The notes below the pieces were generated by a model. That model was not told where the DNA came from and did not search any database. It saw nothing but the letters and a program-made list of their open reading frames with translations. DNA of 59,066 nucleotides, counting the filler, from Sphacelaria rigidula (lineage: Eukaryota), in the NCBI GenBank assembly GCA_964200075.2. It is 4 parts of 4 records of this genome, joined end to end, with 100 filler letters (N's around TTAATTAATTAA, not from the genome) between each part and the next. Parts side by side here need not be neighbours in the genome. Positions count along the whole stretch, not along the records: positions 1 to 14,692 come from CAXNAA020002092.1; 3 more parts are not named here. One strand, written 5' to 3'. Positions within the stretch are counted from its first letter, which is position 1. Each line of letters starts with the position of its first letter. The translations under genes and the position numbers were made by a program. This document shows, piece after piece, positions 1 through 12,500 of the stretch.

Positions 1-591
1 CCCACGCCGCACAACATGATCTAGCTCGACTACCATCATGGTCATCGCAAATAAAAAACGTAAGCGCGCAAAAAAAAGGTAACCTGGTTGCCCAGCTTCC
101 GTAGTGAGTGGCGTGTTTTATAGCGTCATGGCCAACCCACGCTAACCCCATCGGGGGTCCGCCCCTACAAAGCCGGGACGGAGCATGCCGGGTCCTCGCC
201 GGACCAGGCTAAGAAGGTTGTCGGGGGGTGGGGTTGTCTTTTTTCTCCGTATTACGTCCCCTCGAAAATTCTGCGATAATTCACCCGAACAAAGCACGGC
301 ACAGGTGACCAGAGGGGCACCTTGAGGGGGATTTTGCAATGCCCGACGTGATGATGAGGTTGTCTACGCAAGCACGATGCGTTGTATGTACGTTGTACGC
401 ACATTGGACCACCTCACGACGGCGTCCCTGTACATTGTGTACACGGTATCAACAACCAACACGTAAAACGTTGCAATATCCGGTACAACATGCCCGCCTC
501 TCTGGCTACCCGAGGAGTGATCATGGTATCACCTGCGCGTCAGTTTCATACTCTCGTCGCGCCAACACTCCGCACTGCTGTTTTTCGTCAG

Positions 592-3500
592 GTTCTCGAG
601 CGCTGTAGTTGTGGACGGGTGGCCTACCCTTAAGCTGCAAACCGGATGTCATGAAGAGAGTTGCTGCACCCCTGAAGTGCAAGCCTTCATTTGCAGGTAC
701 AACGAGGCCCGGTAACGCCTGGATCCCCAGTACAATAAGGGGGTGCTGTCCATGCTGAAAAGTAATTACAGGCGGAAATACGGATACCAGTGTGCGCAAG
801 AAGCATGGCACAGCATGGCATAGCAAGTACGAGTCGAATCGAAACGAGTCGATTGACAGAAGCGATAATTGCGCGTTATGACGATGTGGATTATCGGCGT
901 CGTAGAAGAGCAAGAAAAGAAACACACGCCTTGAAATACCGTTTTGAGAAACGGATCACGTTCAAGTGAAGCTATGTTTTCATTAAACTGCATCGTGCGG
1001 ATACCAACACGCGTAATCTACAGGGCCACGCGGGGTGACTTCGCCATAAGCTTAAATGGTCAGACTATACCCAACATCGACGCGGGTACCGAGGAGGTAT
1101 GTGAGATAGGTTCCTTTCGTGTCGCTCGGTGCTTTTTGCTATCCCGACCTCGCGCTGGTTGAATAGAACCAGGACGCAAACCGTCAGACTTGCAGAAAAA
1201 GCCGTCAAAAACACGACTGCACATCTTACAAGCTGTACTACTCACGCACGCGCTGCATGTGTACTCAAAGCGTCCATTTCTTCGATGAGAGACGCGGTAT
1301 CGACGTGTCCTCAGGTCAGACTTCGGACTGTTGTTTCTGTAATCGTTCCAGGAAAAACTCGAGCGCATTCTTCAGGAGTTCGACGGTGTCGAACGGACGA
1401 CGGTGAGATATGCGTCCAGCGGTGTCACGCGGCCACTCGGAGTCTGCTCGGACAACGGGACAACGGTCACTGTCACGTTCACAACGGCTTCGTTCGAGGT
1501 GAGCATTTTACCTTCATCTACCCATCACCGCGGACAAACAGCAACGGACTTTCCCCCTCGGAAACGTTAGTCACGCGAGAAGGTGCAAGCGTTGTTTGCT
1601 GAAAACGCGAGGGGCGTTTCAATACGTAGAAGGGTCGGTGAGCGGGATTGTATCAACAGGAATCATGTTAACACAAGCGGTATAACGGGCGGCGTCGACA
1701 AGAATTACTCCTGCACTTCCTCGTCGGTATTGGTTCACCGCTGATCTCCCTTCCCTCATGCTTGCTACCGCATGAAGGGAGATGATGGCGACTTGCCGAT
1801 GCTAGAGCTTGACTACATGAACTCCCCCACCGACCCCTACACCGGCATGAGCTTTGGTGCCAGTAGCCGTCTGTGGTACGGATGGGAGAACGAAGTGGAA
1901 GCAGAGCCCGAGAGGGCGGAGAAGGTGATCCAAAAGAAGGGGCATTCGAACGAGGGACGCAGACTTTGGGGAACGATCTTGCGACAAATTGATTTACCAA
2001 TGTTCGTTGACTAAACCCTGACACGAAATAATTCATCTCATTCTAATGGCTCACGATATGTGCAGAAGCCAAAACCAGCATCAGAGCCTGAGAGGGCGGG
2101 AAAGAACAGCAACAGATAGACGTTCCAATTGACGAGAGAGACAGGGGAATGGCAAGCAGGGGAGGCCCTTGATGCAAACGGCTTGAATATTGTATGTTGA
2201 GTGTCGGCAATCAAGAGCCCCATCTGATGACGAATTGCCTATTTCTTTTGTGGCCTTTTTCCGCTTCGGTGTCCCAGGACCTGTCGTTTGCCGGCTACCA
2301 TAGAGACGACTTTGGGAAAGTGCTGGTGGGAGATGACTCCCTGAACGGCGTTGAGCTTGGGCCCGTAGCGGAGGTGACTAAAGGATGGAAAGCCGAAGAT
2401 CGTCTGGCAGTTTTTGTCGAAGGATCTGGAACGGACACGCTGTCGTTTCTCTACATTGTGCAGAAGGTAGGTCGACGGTTATGACTTTGTGTTGTGTTGG
2501 GTTAGGGGAGCAGGTGCGGACATAATATCTCACAAACGTGTTGTGTCATTAAACCACCTTTCTTCATCGCGAAACATTCTACCAACACTTTGCGTTTCAA
2601 TCACCTCCGCGTGTTAGCCCTCATACCCCCGTTTCTCGAGATAGGGTTGAGGTGGCATGGAGCTCTTGCCTTTCTGTGCCATTCGTAGGCGGTCTGGTAG
2701 CCCTGGAAGTAGGCACACGGTTCAGCAGATTGTTTACCGACACAGCTCTGAAGGATTATACGTTGCATTCAAGATCCACACGAGCCATCCATTGCGTGCC
2801 GATCATCACGGGCCGAATACTTGAAGCATTCAGAAGAAATCATGTGGGCTGTAATCGACCACGTAACTATGTGACAGAATCGCTGATTCGTCTCATTGTT
2901 ATTGGTGAACAATTCGTGCTGCAAGGGTATATCCTGTGGTATGTGGTGTGTGGAATGTGGTGTGTGGAATGTCGTGAAAGCAATCTACTGAAACCCGAGC
3001 TGATGATAGAGGGCTTGAAATATTTTGCTGCACCTCTTCGATGTTTCAATCCGGAGCTGACTAACTTGTTCAGGGAGACATGTCGGCGGACCTCGACTAC
3101 TTCGAGGAGTCGTCGCTCGTGCTTGCTAATAACTCAACCATTACCGGCGAGAACGGCGTCGCGGCGAACATTGAGTTGCCCCCATCCGGACACGCGGCTA
3201 GTTACCGCCTGGGGACGGGCACTAGTCTCAGTGCCAACAGCGATATCGTCATCGACACATCGACTCCAACCATTATCACGGTGAGTGGGGGAGGATATCA
3301 AAGCTCAAGTGTACGTCAGTATATATGCATGTTTACATACATACATGCATGTATACATACATACGTACGTACGCACGTACATACATACATGCATGCATGC
3401 ATACATACATAATACATACATACATACATACACATACATACACACATACATACATACATACATACATACATAATACATACATACATACATACATACATAC

Positions 3501-6500
3501 GTACGTGGCCGATCGCCCCGGTGGTTTAGTTGGTAACCTCGAAATCTTCAGACGGTTGGGTCGTGGTATCAATGCTCGGAGCGATCTGGGATATTTTCTC
3601 ACACCATGCCCAACAGTGGAGAGCGACTATGTCGTGAGTACACAAAATTCGACTTGACGGTCAACGGGGGAAAGGGGCTGCTGAACCCCTCTCGCGATAA
3701 AAAATAAAGGCAAGTGCCGCAAAAGGAAGGTGGGGTACTAAAAGAAAAGTTCCTGTGTTGACCTTTCTCCTGTGTGACCCCGGCTGGAGCGCCCACATAT
3801 ACCGAAAGGTGTAGACCGACGCCCAGAATAGATGGGACGATGACACACACGTACGTCAATACATACGTACATACATGCATACATGCGTGCATGCGTGTGT
3901 TCTGCTGGGTTTTTTTATAACTAGGAAAGGGAGTGAGCCATTTTCCACGAACATTATTACATTCACCTCACATCAAAAAAACACTGTGAAGCACGCCACC
4001 GAATCGCCGGCAAACGCTATGGCCACCACAACTGACTGAGAAGTTTGGCCGAGTCAGATGACAGGATAAAATAGTGATACTCAGAAGTCAGCTTGCACTG
4101 CCGCGCGAATCAGACATGTTTTTTCCCGCGGTGTGCGTTGTATTGTTTTGAATAGATAGATACGAACCGCGTGCCAGCTTCTGTTCTAGCCATCGTCCTG
4201 TTGAATGTAATCGACCCAAGCTTCGACCTTTCGATGTTTGCTGCCACGTCGCATTGTGTCCGAAGCCTGATACACACACATGAGAGCTCTCTTCCGCGCT
4301 GTTCCCCTTCTCCGGGGCGATCGATGTACACCGCGGACAGGTTGAATCGCCCAACGAAGCCCGGGCGTATGGTACGGGGGAAGTGATAATGATCGATGTG
4401 GTGTTCAACGCAGATATTGTGCTAGACGGGGAGCCTACTCTGCTGCTGGAAACGGGCGTCTTTGACCAAGAGGTGACAACAAAAAGAAAAGTGAACGGCT
4501 ACCGATCCGGGGGCGTGTCCTTCAAGGCTACCGCGCGTGTGATGCGCACGGCTAACCCGGGACACCTTGACCTATCCACAGGATCGATGAGAGTCGTGCC
4601 TTCCCAGGCTATTCAGTGAATGTTGTTATTTTCACCCCACACATGCTCCGTCTCGGAAGGGATGCGTGGTCAATGGTCAAACGCCTAAGGCAAGCAACAA
4701 ATGAGTACGCCCCCCACCCCCCCACCACCCCACATATCACCAAGCACGGGCGAGAGGCCGCGTATTGTTTCTCCCTGATCGCCAGGCATGATGCTGTGGT
4801 CGCCTTTCACTCTTTCTTCTTGAAGCATTGCGTCTGCGGTTAAACTCATGTCTTGCCCCTGCATGAATAACTGTAACCGTAACCCATAACGAATGGTACA
4901 ACGGCTGAGGAGGGGCAGGGGGGGGGGGGGCTTCTTCCACGACGACATGGTGACTTTACGGCATTGCTGCATGGCAAAAATGTTCATTCGGAATTTGTGT
5001 CCCCCATATATCACACGTATGCACGCCGACCCTTTCACTCGCGAAAATGAGTTGAAAGTGTGTCTGGTATCGAACCCCAGCTGTTTGTGCAACGGTTCAG
5101 CCCACCCCTAGTGTCGGATTGCCCTAACTCTGCAGTCATTATTGATACGTACTCTCCGATGCTGGTATGTCATCAGGTCACATGGGTTTCTTCGGACAAT
5201 GACACGTTGCGTTTTGCGTATACGGTGCAAGAGGGGGATTCCAGCGCCGACCTGGATTACGCCTCCGCGGGGGCCCTCAACCTAAACGGAGGTGCGTTGT
5301 CACAGAGATTGGCGAGGCTGCCTGTCTTGACCGAGTTGAGGCGCTTTTTGCTCTCCAGCAATTGTTTGGCGGCTTTCAGTTTCGTTCCACCTTTTAGACA
5401 ATATCTCATGGGCAGGTAGATTATTTTTCGCACTCGGGGTTCTTGTATTGATCCGCGTAGCTATTGCTCCGTGTCTTCATATTGCTGTCGTATAACCCAC
5501 ATCATTACAACCTACAATTCCAAACAATATTTTGAAGTCATGTCTCTCGCATAGCTCACCGGCACATGTATTGGAGCAGCCTACGAAGTGTTTGTGCATG
5601 GCCTGGACTGTGGTCATCATGCTGCTACAGGCAATAACGGGTGCCAACTTTCTACATTCTCTTGGCGCATTTGAGTTTTCCTTAAGACATTCCAAAATGA
5701 AAACTTGGCGCACGCCACCGCCGGTAGCAGAATGATCCTCACGGTTCACGCCATAGCAAAAGACTCGGTAGACTGCTTCGGCGAGTTTGTCGCTGCGTTC
5801 TGCAAGAGAGTTAACTCGCTGAGTTCAATTCGGGAGGCTTGCATTATCGTGCAACGTTCATCATGGATATGGATATCCATTTGGGATATCTGGGATATAA
5901 GATCCATCATGGGTATCCAAGATTGATGGTGTCCTAGCCGTAACTTTGATCAAAACGCAAAAGTATCCATCATAGATATTACAAGATAACGCGAGACGGT
6001 ATCCAATTTCCTCTCTTTGTGGGGGCTACGGCATAGCGGAATGACACACAATGAAACGCCATGCGGTTTAATGGAATATTTCAAGATTAACAATAGTTTT
6101 GACAAAGACAAGGATGGAAATGTATGGCTTGACAAAGAGGCGTGCTTTGGTCAACTATTTTTATTGTGGGGGACGTTTGGCCATGTGTTTATTGCTACGT
6201 CAGCGGGTGACTGTCGCAGCCTGCCACGAACGGGAACGACGCTCCTGTTTTTTGTATGGTCAGTGAATCACAGTGCACGTGCCGAAAAGAGATATACACT
6301 GCCATCGATGGTATGTTGGTCATTTGTATTCAGAGAAAAAAGACGTATAGCAAATGCGTGACAGCTCTCACACATCTCGAGTACTGTCGGCGTGCAGCTG
6401 TCGACTGCACATGTCAATAGCGCCACTTCTAGCTGTTATGCGCCGCGATACTAATCCCTTTATTCTGCATGGCGTGTGATCGCCTCATACAACTACAAAT

Positions 6501-9500
6501 GAGGTATCAGACCCACAGGGATATAAAATTGTTTGTGGCTTGGAGTTCTGTTCTCCATTTTCTCCTGCCCTGTCGCGATGCGCCCCCGCTTCGGCGCCAG
6601 GGACAGTGTATCGGGCATCCGAGAATGCGACTACGGAAGCATCAACGGCACTGCCGCAGCCGGGGAGTACAGGGAGTCTGTCACAGAACGAGGTATGTCT
6701 ACCCGTTGGTGCATATATACGGTGCGTGACAGAGCGTGACACTATCGGGTGACGAATTTCACGAAGTGGGCTTTGGGGTTTTCTATCCCGGAGAGATCCC
6801 ATTCGCTGGAGGATTTTGACGACGTCCTTCCAATGATATTTGTTTTTGGTGGCGCGGCCGGCCCAGTTGATGACGAAAATAAGTTCGAAACCCTTTGTTG
6901 GGGGTATCCTACCCTGTAGCCTGCGGTTGTGGATTACACCGAGGAGCGTGCCAGGCATGATGGGGCGCCAGAAGAAGTGAAGTGTGTGACTATTCCCACA
7001 TTATTTCGGCGACAACGCTGGCATTATCCAGAAATTTGTCTTTCGCGTGCGAAAATAGGTAATGAAACTGATGATGAAACAGATTGGGGGTCGGCAATAC
7101 GAACGATCTGGTTAAACAACGTGACACCCCGAATTTGCTACGGTCGTTCGACGATACTGTGCAAGCTTGGCACTCAAGATTCTCTTTTTGAATTCTATAC
7201 GAGGAGGCATCCACTATCCCCACCGGCTGCCGCGCGTTGGTCCGTGCCAAAAGACGACCCCTCTACACCCGTTGATATTTTCCGGAGATTTTGCTATCTA
7301 CGCTGCGACTTAGAAATAGTGTTGCCGTCACTCCCCACCCAGGTTATTGCATTGCCCGATAGCACCACGTTTTCGCCAGAGAGGCGGGTCTTTTGCTGCT
7401 ATACCGGGGATTCCAGAGAATCGTTGCCGCGTGCACAGTTTCATTGAACCACTCGCTCATGACGCTCTCGCTCGCTTTAGCGCCCCCACACTGTCAACCA
7501 TCTCCGATCATAAGACCACTTCCCAGCAGCAACAGCGCAATGTTGATTTTCATGTCGGTCTCCACCTCTGTTCATCAGGATATCGTGGTTCGACCCACCA
7601 CTCCAAATGTGCTTGATGTGGATTGCGGCAGCGCAGATGGAACGTACGGAGCCGGGGAAAACATATTCATCAACGTTTCCTTCGGGTGAGACGCCTCGTT
7701 GTGCTGCCTTCTGTTGCCTTCTCTGTGTTACTGGAAAGATATGGCGTGCATGTGCATGAATCCTGCAGAAAATGTCATCGGGAGTCTGCAATGAAGGACG
7801 GGTTATTTGTACAGGCATCAGAGACAGCGGTAAAAGTACAACGGGAGATTGGACAGACATGCTTGCATGTACGTAAGGACGGTGTTTTGATTCCAGTGTA
7901 CCTACACTGTAGTGTGCACAAAGAAAGACGGGCTCGAATATTTGTTGCAGGATTTGGTTGTATTGATTAGTGTGAAAGCTGCATGCTGGTGTTTTCCCTA
8001 CAGATGGTGGGACGATGACTTGACACCGATGGTGCTTGTTGGGGATACGGCCGAGCTGAGACTGAGGGCCGGGTGGAGGGTGCGGGCGACGGTGCACGGC
8101 GCCGTCAACGGAAGCTCTCAGCTCGTATTGGAGGTATAGTACTGGCAGTCCAACCAAACAAGAACAGCGACCATGCGATGCTGTACTTGGGAAAATACGG
8201 CGAGCCCTCTTCGCTGGTGGTGCACACGTATTGTTTTCACGCTGAAACAGGAGGCTTCGACATAGACTTCTGGCGCCGTCCGCCAATGAAGCAGAAATCA
8301 CAATCAAGTCCGCGGTCTTGTCCTCTAAATAAGATCATATTTCTTCTACGCATATATATATACTATAGAGGGAATCAAGATGTTCACCATTGCAACCACT
8401 ATGTTGTCGTAGGAAAGCACATTACGGGTAGGCTGTAGACCGATATCTTTACATTTTGTTTTGTTCTCCCTCTTTTTTTCTCGCAAGAAGCTTTATCGTG
8501 TTGATACTCCTTCTGTCTCGACTTGTGTGTGTTTCAATTGAACATGGATCAAAACACCATTCCATAAGCATCTCACATAGGTACAAGTGCCGGCTGAGCA
8601 TCGTTCCGGCCCCATAGGTGAACTCACTAACCTTCTAGCGTTCACCACTGTCTTCCATTTAAGGTGGGGCACGAGCTCACCGCGAACGACATCGGAGATA
8701 CCATGAGCGTTGGCTCAGCAGAAGTAACCCTTGTCAACATCACGGACAATAACGCTGAGATATCCGCGCCCTACTCTGGCGACGACGTGTCAGAGGGGTG
8801 AGTTTGTGCATTTTTGCATGCGTTTTATCGAGCTACTTTGCTAGGGCTCAATACTCAGGGCAGACCAACGCTGTCAACTGCTGTAACTATCTTCATCGCA
8901 TTTCTGAAATTAGTGGCAATATCTTGCAAATCAGCCCCGGTAACACGCCTGCACCGAGTTCGTCACCTACGAACAAGGCCGAGTCGAAGCACACATGCGG
9001 GCGAAAGCAATAGCCCAATCTCCCGGTATCTTACAGAAAGCATATAGTCTTGCACTGGGATGCCGGAGCCACGGCCAAGTCATTGACCTACGGGGGGGAC
9101 ATTCAACCGCTCCCATTGCACTCCTGCTGTACCCTATTTCGAACGTGTTGGGTTTGTGTGCACCTTTCACATTTCCGAGACCGCTTTACCGCATGTCGTT
9201 CTCTCTGGTTCCCGCCTTTTAATTGGGGTTTCAAGAACACCTGAGGTGAACGTTTCCGGTCAGGGATATGCCCCAGCCGAATTCTACTCCGGCAACGGCA
9301 CCGCGCACATGATTTTCTTGTACACAGTCCAGCCGGGAGATCACTCCGCCGATCTGGAGTACTGGGACGATAGTGCGCTATACACCGACGGCTACATCCG
9401 TCGAACGACGGATCTGGTATGTGCTAGAAATTTTGTATCGTCCTTCTCGCATATACCACATGAATTGGTCTTTATTTTCCCCACGTTCACGACATCCGTA

Positions 9501-12500
9501 CTCGTGAGGAGAAAGAAGAACAAGGACGCCGTTCCTCCAGGATTTGACTACAAGAAGGCAACCTACGATATACCATCCAATGACAACAACACATGAGCTG
9601 GTGTAACCACCCCAGCTCTCCTAGACCCGCATACGAGCTACTACGCTGGCCCAAGCCAATGAACGGATGGAAATCACGTGATCTGTCTGGCGGCAATCGA
9701 TAGACTCCGCGACGTGTTCGTAGTCAATCAAAGAGTAGATCTCATCTGCTTGTCATCGTGAGTGCTTCAACCGTTTGAAGGTGAAAGGCGGGGTGCTTGT
9801 CCAGTCGATACTTTTCTGTGTTTGCGATACGTGAACGGCCAATCAACCAATCGCAGGACGAGCGTTGATTGAATATAGGTTAGACCTCCCAGGGCTCACT
9901 TAACCATATACAGAAAAATACACGAATCTTCTCACTTTTTGTTTGTGCGACGATATCTCGCTACGGCCTCCCTCATAGGGAGCAACGGCTGTCAACATCA
10001 GTCTTCCCGAGCCGGGGGAGTGCGTATTGTTCAAGGGTTGCTCGCTTGGGGCCAATCGAGCCATCGCGGTAGCGACTGATACTCCCACCGTGTGGAATAT
10101 CACTACTACGAAGCCCTCAGACAAAGGCCCGTACGGCGTCGGGGACGAGATAGATATCACCGTGTGGTTCACCGAACCGGTTGAGATATTGGCAAACGTC
10201 ACGAAGGCGCCCAGGCTGAGGTGAGCTTCGGCGCGTATAGTGCATGCGTCCAGTGAATCCGGTTATAGTTTCAGAGCGGAGAGATGCGTGTGCGCCGTCC
10301 AAGGTGGTGGTCTCAATCTATCATCCTGAAAATGAACATGCCACGCGTTCAGGCTGGTCGCGTGGCGTGGTACCCTGTCGGAGGATTTGCGAGAGCTCTC
10401 GAAGATCCTCGATGTCCCTTCAAACAGTTCAAAGGTGTCATGTCCACCCTGCAGCCCGCATATGCAGCGGCTGTCGGCTTCTTTTGCTAGAGAGACTGCG
10501 GCATGATCCCATTCTGATATCATGAATGCCTGAAATAAATGCCAGGATGAACACTGGTACCTTCGCGGCGTACGCATTCGGTTCCGGCACGGAATCCATC
10601 ACGTTTTTGTACGTGATCCAAGAGGGGGACGTCACGAACGCTCTTGAGGCATGGGACGCCCCGGCGAACGGTGAAATATCGGTGAGAGTAATGGTGACAC
10701 AAATACATACAGGGCATGCTTTTGTTCTGTTTAATGCTCTCTTTTTCTTGTCACGGATAGTATTTCCGTAATTTTTGCCTATTTTCACCTTCTCCGTTGT
10801 TTTTCCTTTTCCCCCTCTTGCTGTGTTTCTGTCCTTTCGTTTTCTTTCTGCCTTTCATCATTGCGCTGTAGTATCAGTGACTTTGTTCACTTCCCGCAAA
10901 GCTTGCGGCTGAGAACTCCCGGCTGATAGCGCGGTCTCTAGATAACTGAATCACAACCCTTTCCCGCGGCTTCGCTTCTTGTCTGACTTCCAGTCCCGGC
11001 AGGGTTATGTCGGAGGCTGTCTCGGGGCCACCTACGAGTTTCAAGCCTGACCTCTCTCTCTGTATATACACAAACACGCTGTTTCCTCCTTCCTTCGTTG
11101 CGACTCTTCCTCTTTTTCTGGAATTTTCCTCAGCGATGATTGCCGTTTCGTTACCTTGGACACGCCTGTCCCGTGACTACGACTGCATTCGTGGCAGGTC
11201 ATCTTTTAATGATGCACGACGATTGATAAATTAATCGCATGGGGGTGAAGCCTCACAAACTACTTTACGAATCAGACAGAGTATATATCCGAAAATCTTT
11301 CGTTAGGGTTTATCTTTATATACCAACATCAGTCGTGAAGATAGTATAGGATTGCAAGGAAAATAGTCTTGTTAGGTACCAAAGATAATCCGCTAGCTGT
11401 CCGGCGGTGTCCGGCGAAAAATACTCGAGCCAAACACTGATATCTCTTGCTGCCGAGTACGTACGAGCACCCAGCACAGGCCGATAGAGATCCTGGTGTT
11501 GGAGGAGGGAATTACGATATTCCTTGCAGTTCGACTGATGTACCTAGTCCTCACTTTGCGGTCCCCCTTTCCCACCATCGTCACAACGTTGAACATTGGG
11601 GAGGAATCAACTATGTGCACACTTGTCTCAAACATCTCTTTGCATGAATTACCATCGACGCTGACTGTGGGTTCCAGGCCGCTTATATCTTACGGCAGCT
11701 CAAAACAAAATCGATCCTCTTCCGGTCACCTCTTGATCTCATCCATCGGAATCGTTTGCGCAGGCCCTCGATGTAAGCTATGCGGGAAACGAAGGGTATC
11801 TGCGACGAGCTTCGACCTGGCCAACTACGGATGCGGATCTTGTCTTGCCGCCCCCTGGAACATCTGGAAGTTTGAGCGACTTGGTGTCTATTGCGCTTGA
11901 TACGACGGTGCCTAGGATAAAACATTTAAACACCAGCATTGCTGATGGAACCTATGGGGTTGGACAGGAAGTACCTGTGCTGGTCACGTTCACCGCGCCT
12001 GTGGAGGTCAATAGGTAAGAAGAATTTGCTGTTGGTTTTCTGCACCGCACTAGACCGCAAAGCGTTTTGGGATGAGCACAAGCGTATGTGTTTGAGTTCG
12101 TCCGCGTTCTTAGGCAACATCACATCGCGACTATCCATATGATCGTTCACAAGTGGTGGGTATTCATGTCGCGTGGACAGGGGTCAGCGCAGGAGGTGAA
12201 ATCGGAAACGCGTCCTTGTTTATTCAGTGGTCGATGCCAAGAGGTGGGATTCCCCCTTTAACTGTGAGAGGGCCCAGATCGAAACATTTGGATCTTGGCT
12301 TAGATATTTCAAACAAGAGCCACTGACATGTTTGGACAAACAGAAGACACTGATGTACGCGGCACTCCTGTGACTTTTGCCATGCTGTAGCGATTGAGCG
12401 GGGTGTCTATTGCATGTTCATGCACTGCAAGTGGTGTACGCTCGGTTAACGCTAGCGTAATCATACAACCCGCGCACTTAGTCTCTCTGGTTGTGTTGAG

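Noticed and set aside
3507..3590. tRNA gene (also 45339-45410)
   Set aside because: No complete cloverleaf, and both are fused to multi-copy SINE bodies.
3285..3657. Overlapping H/T/Y/I and M/Y/V/C-rich ORFs
   Set aside because: Translations of the TACA microsatellite.
7477..8307. Longest ORF in the track (276 aa, minus strand)
   Set aside because: Antisense shadow of two real + strand exons and their intron.
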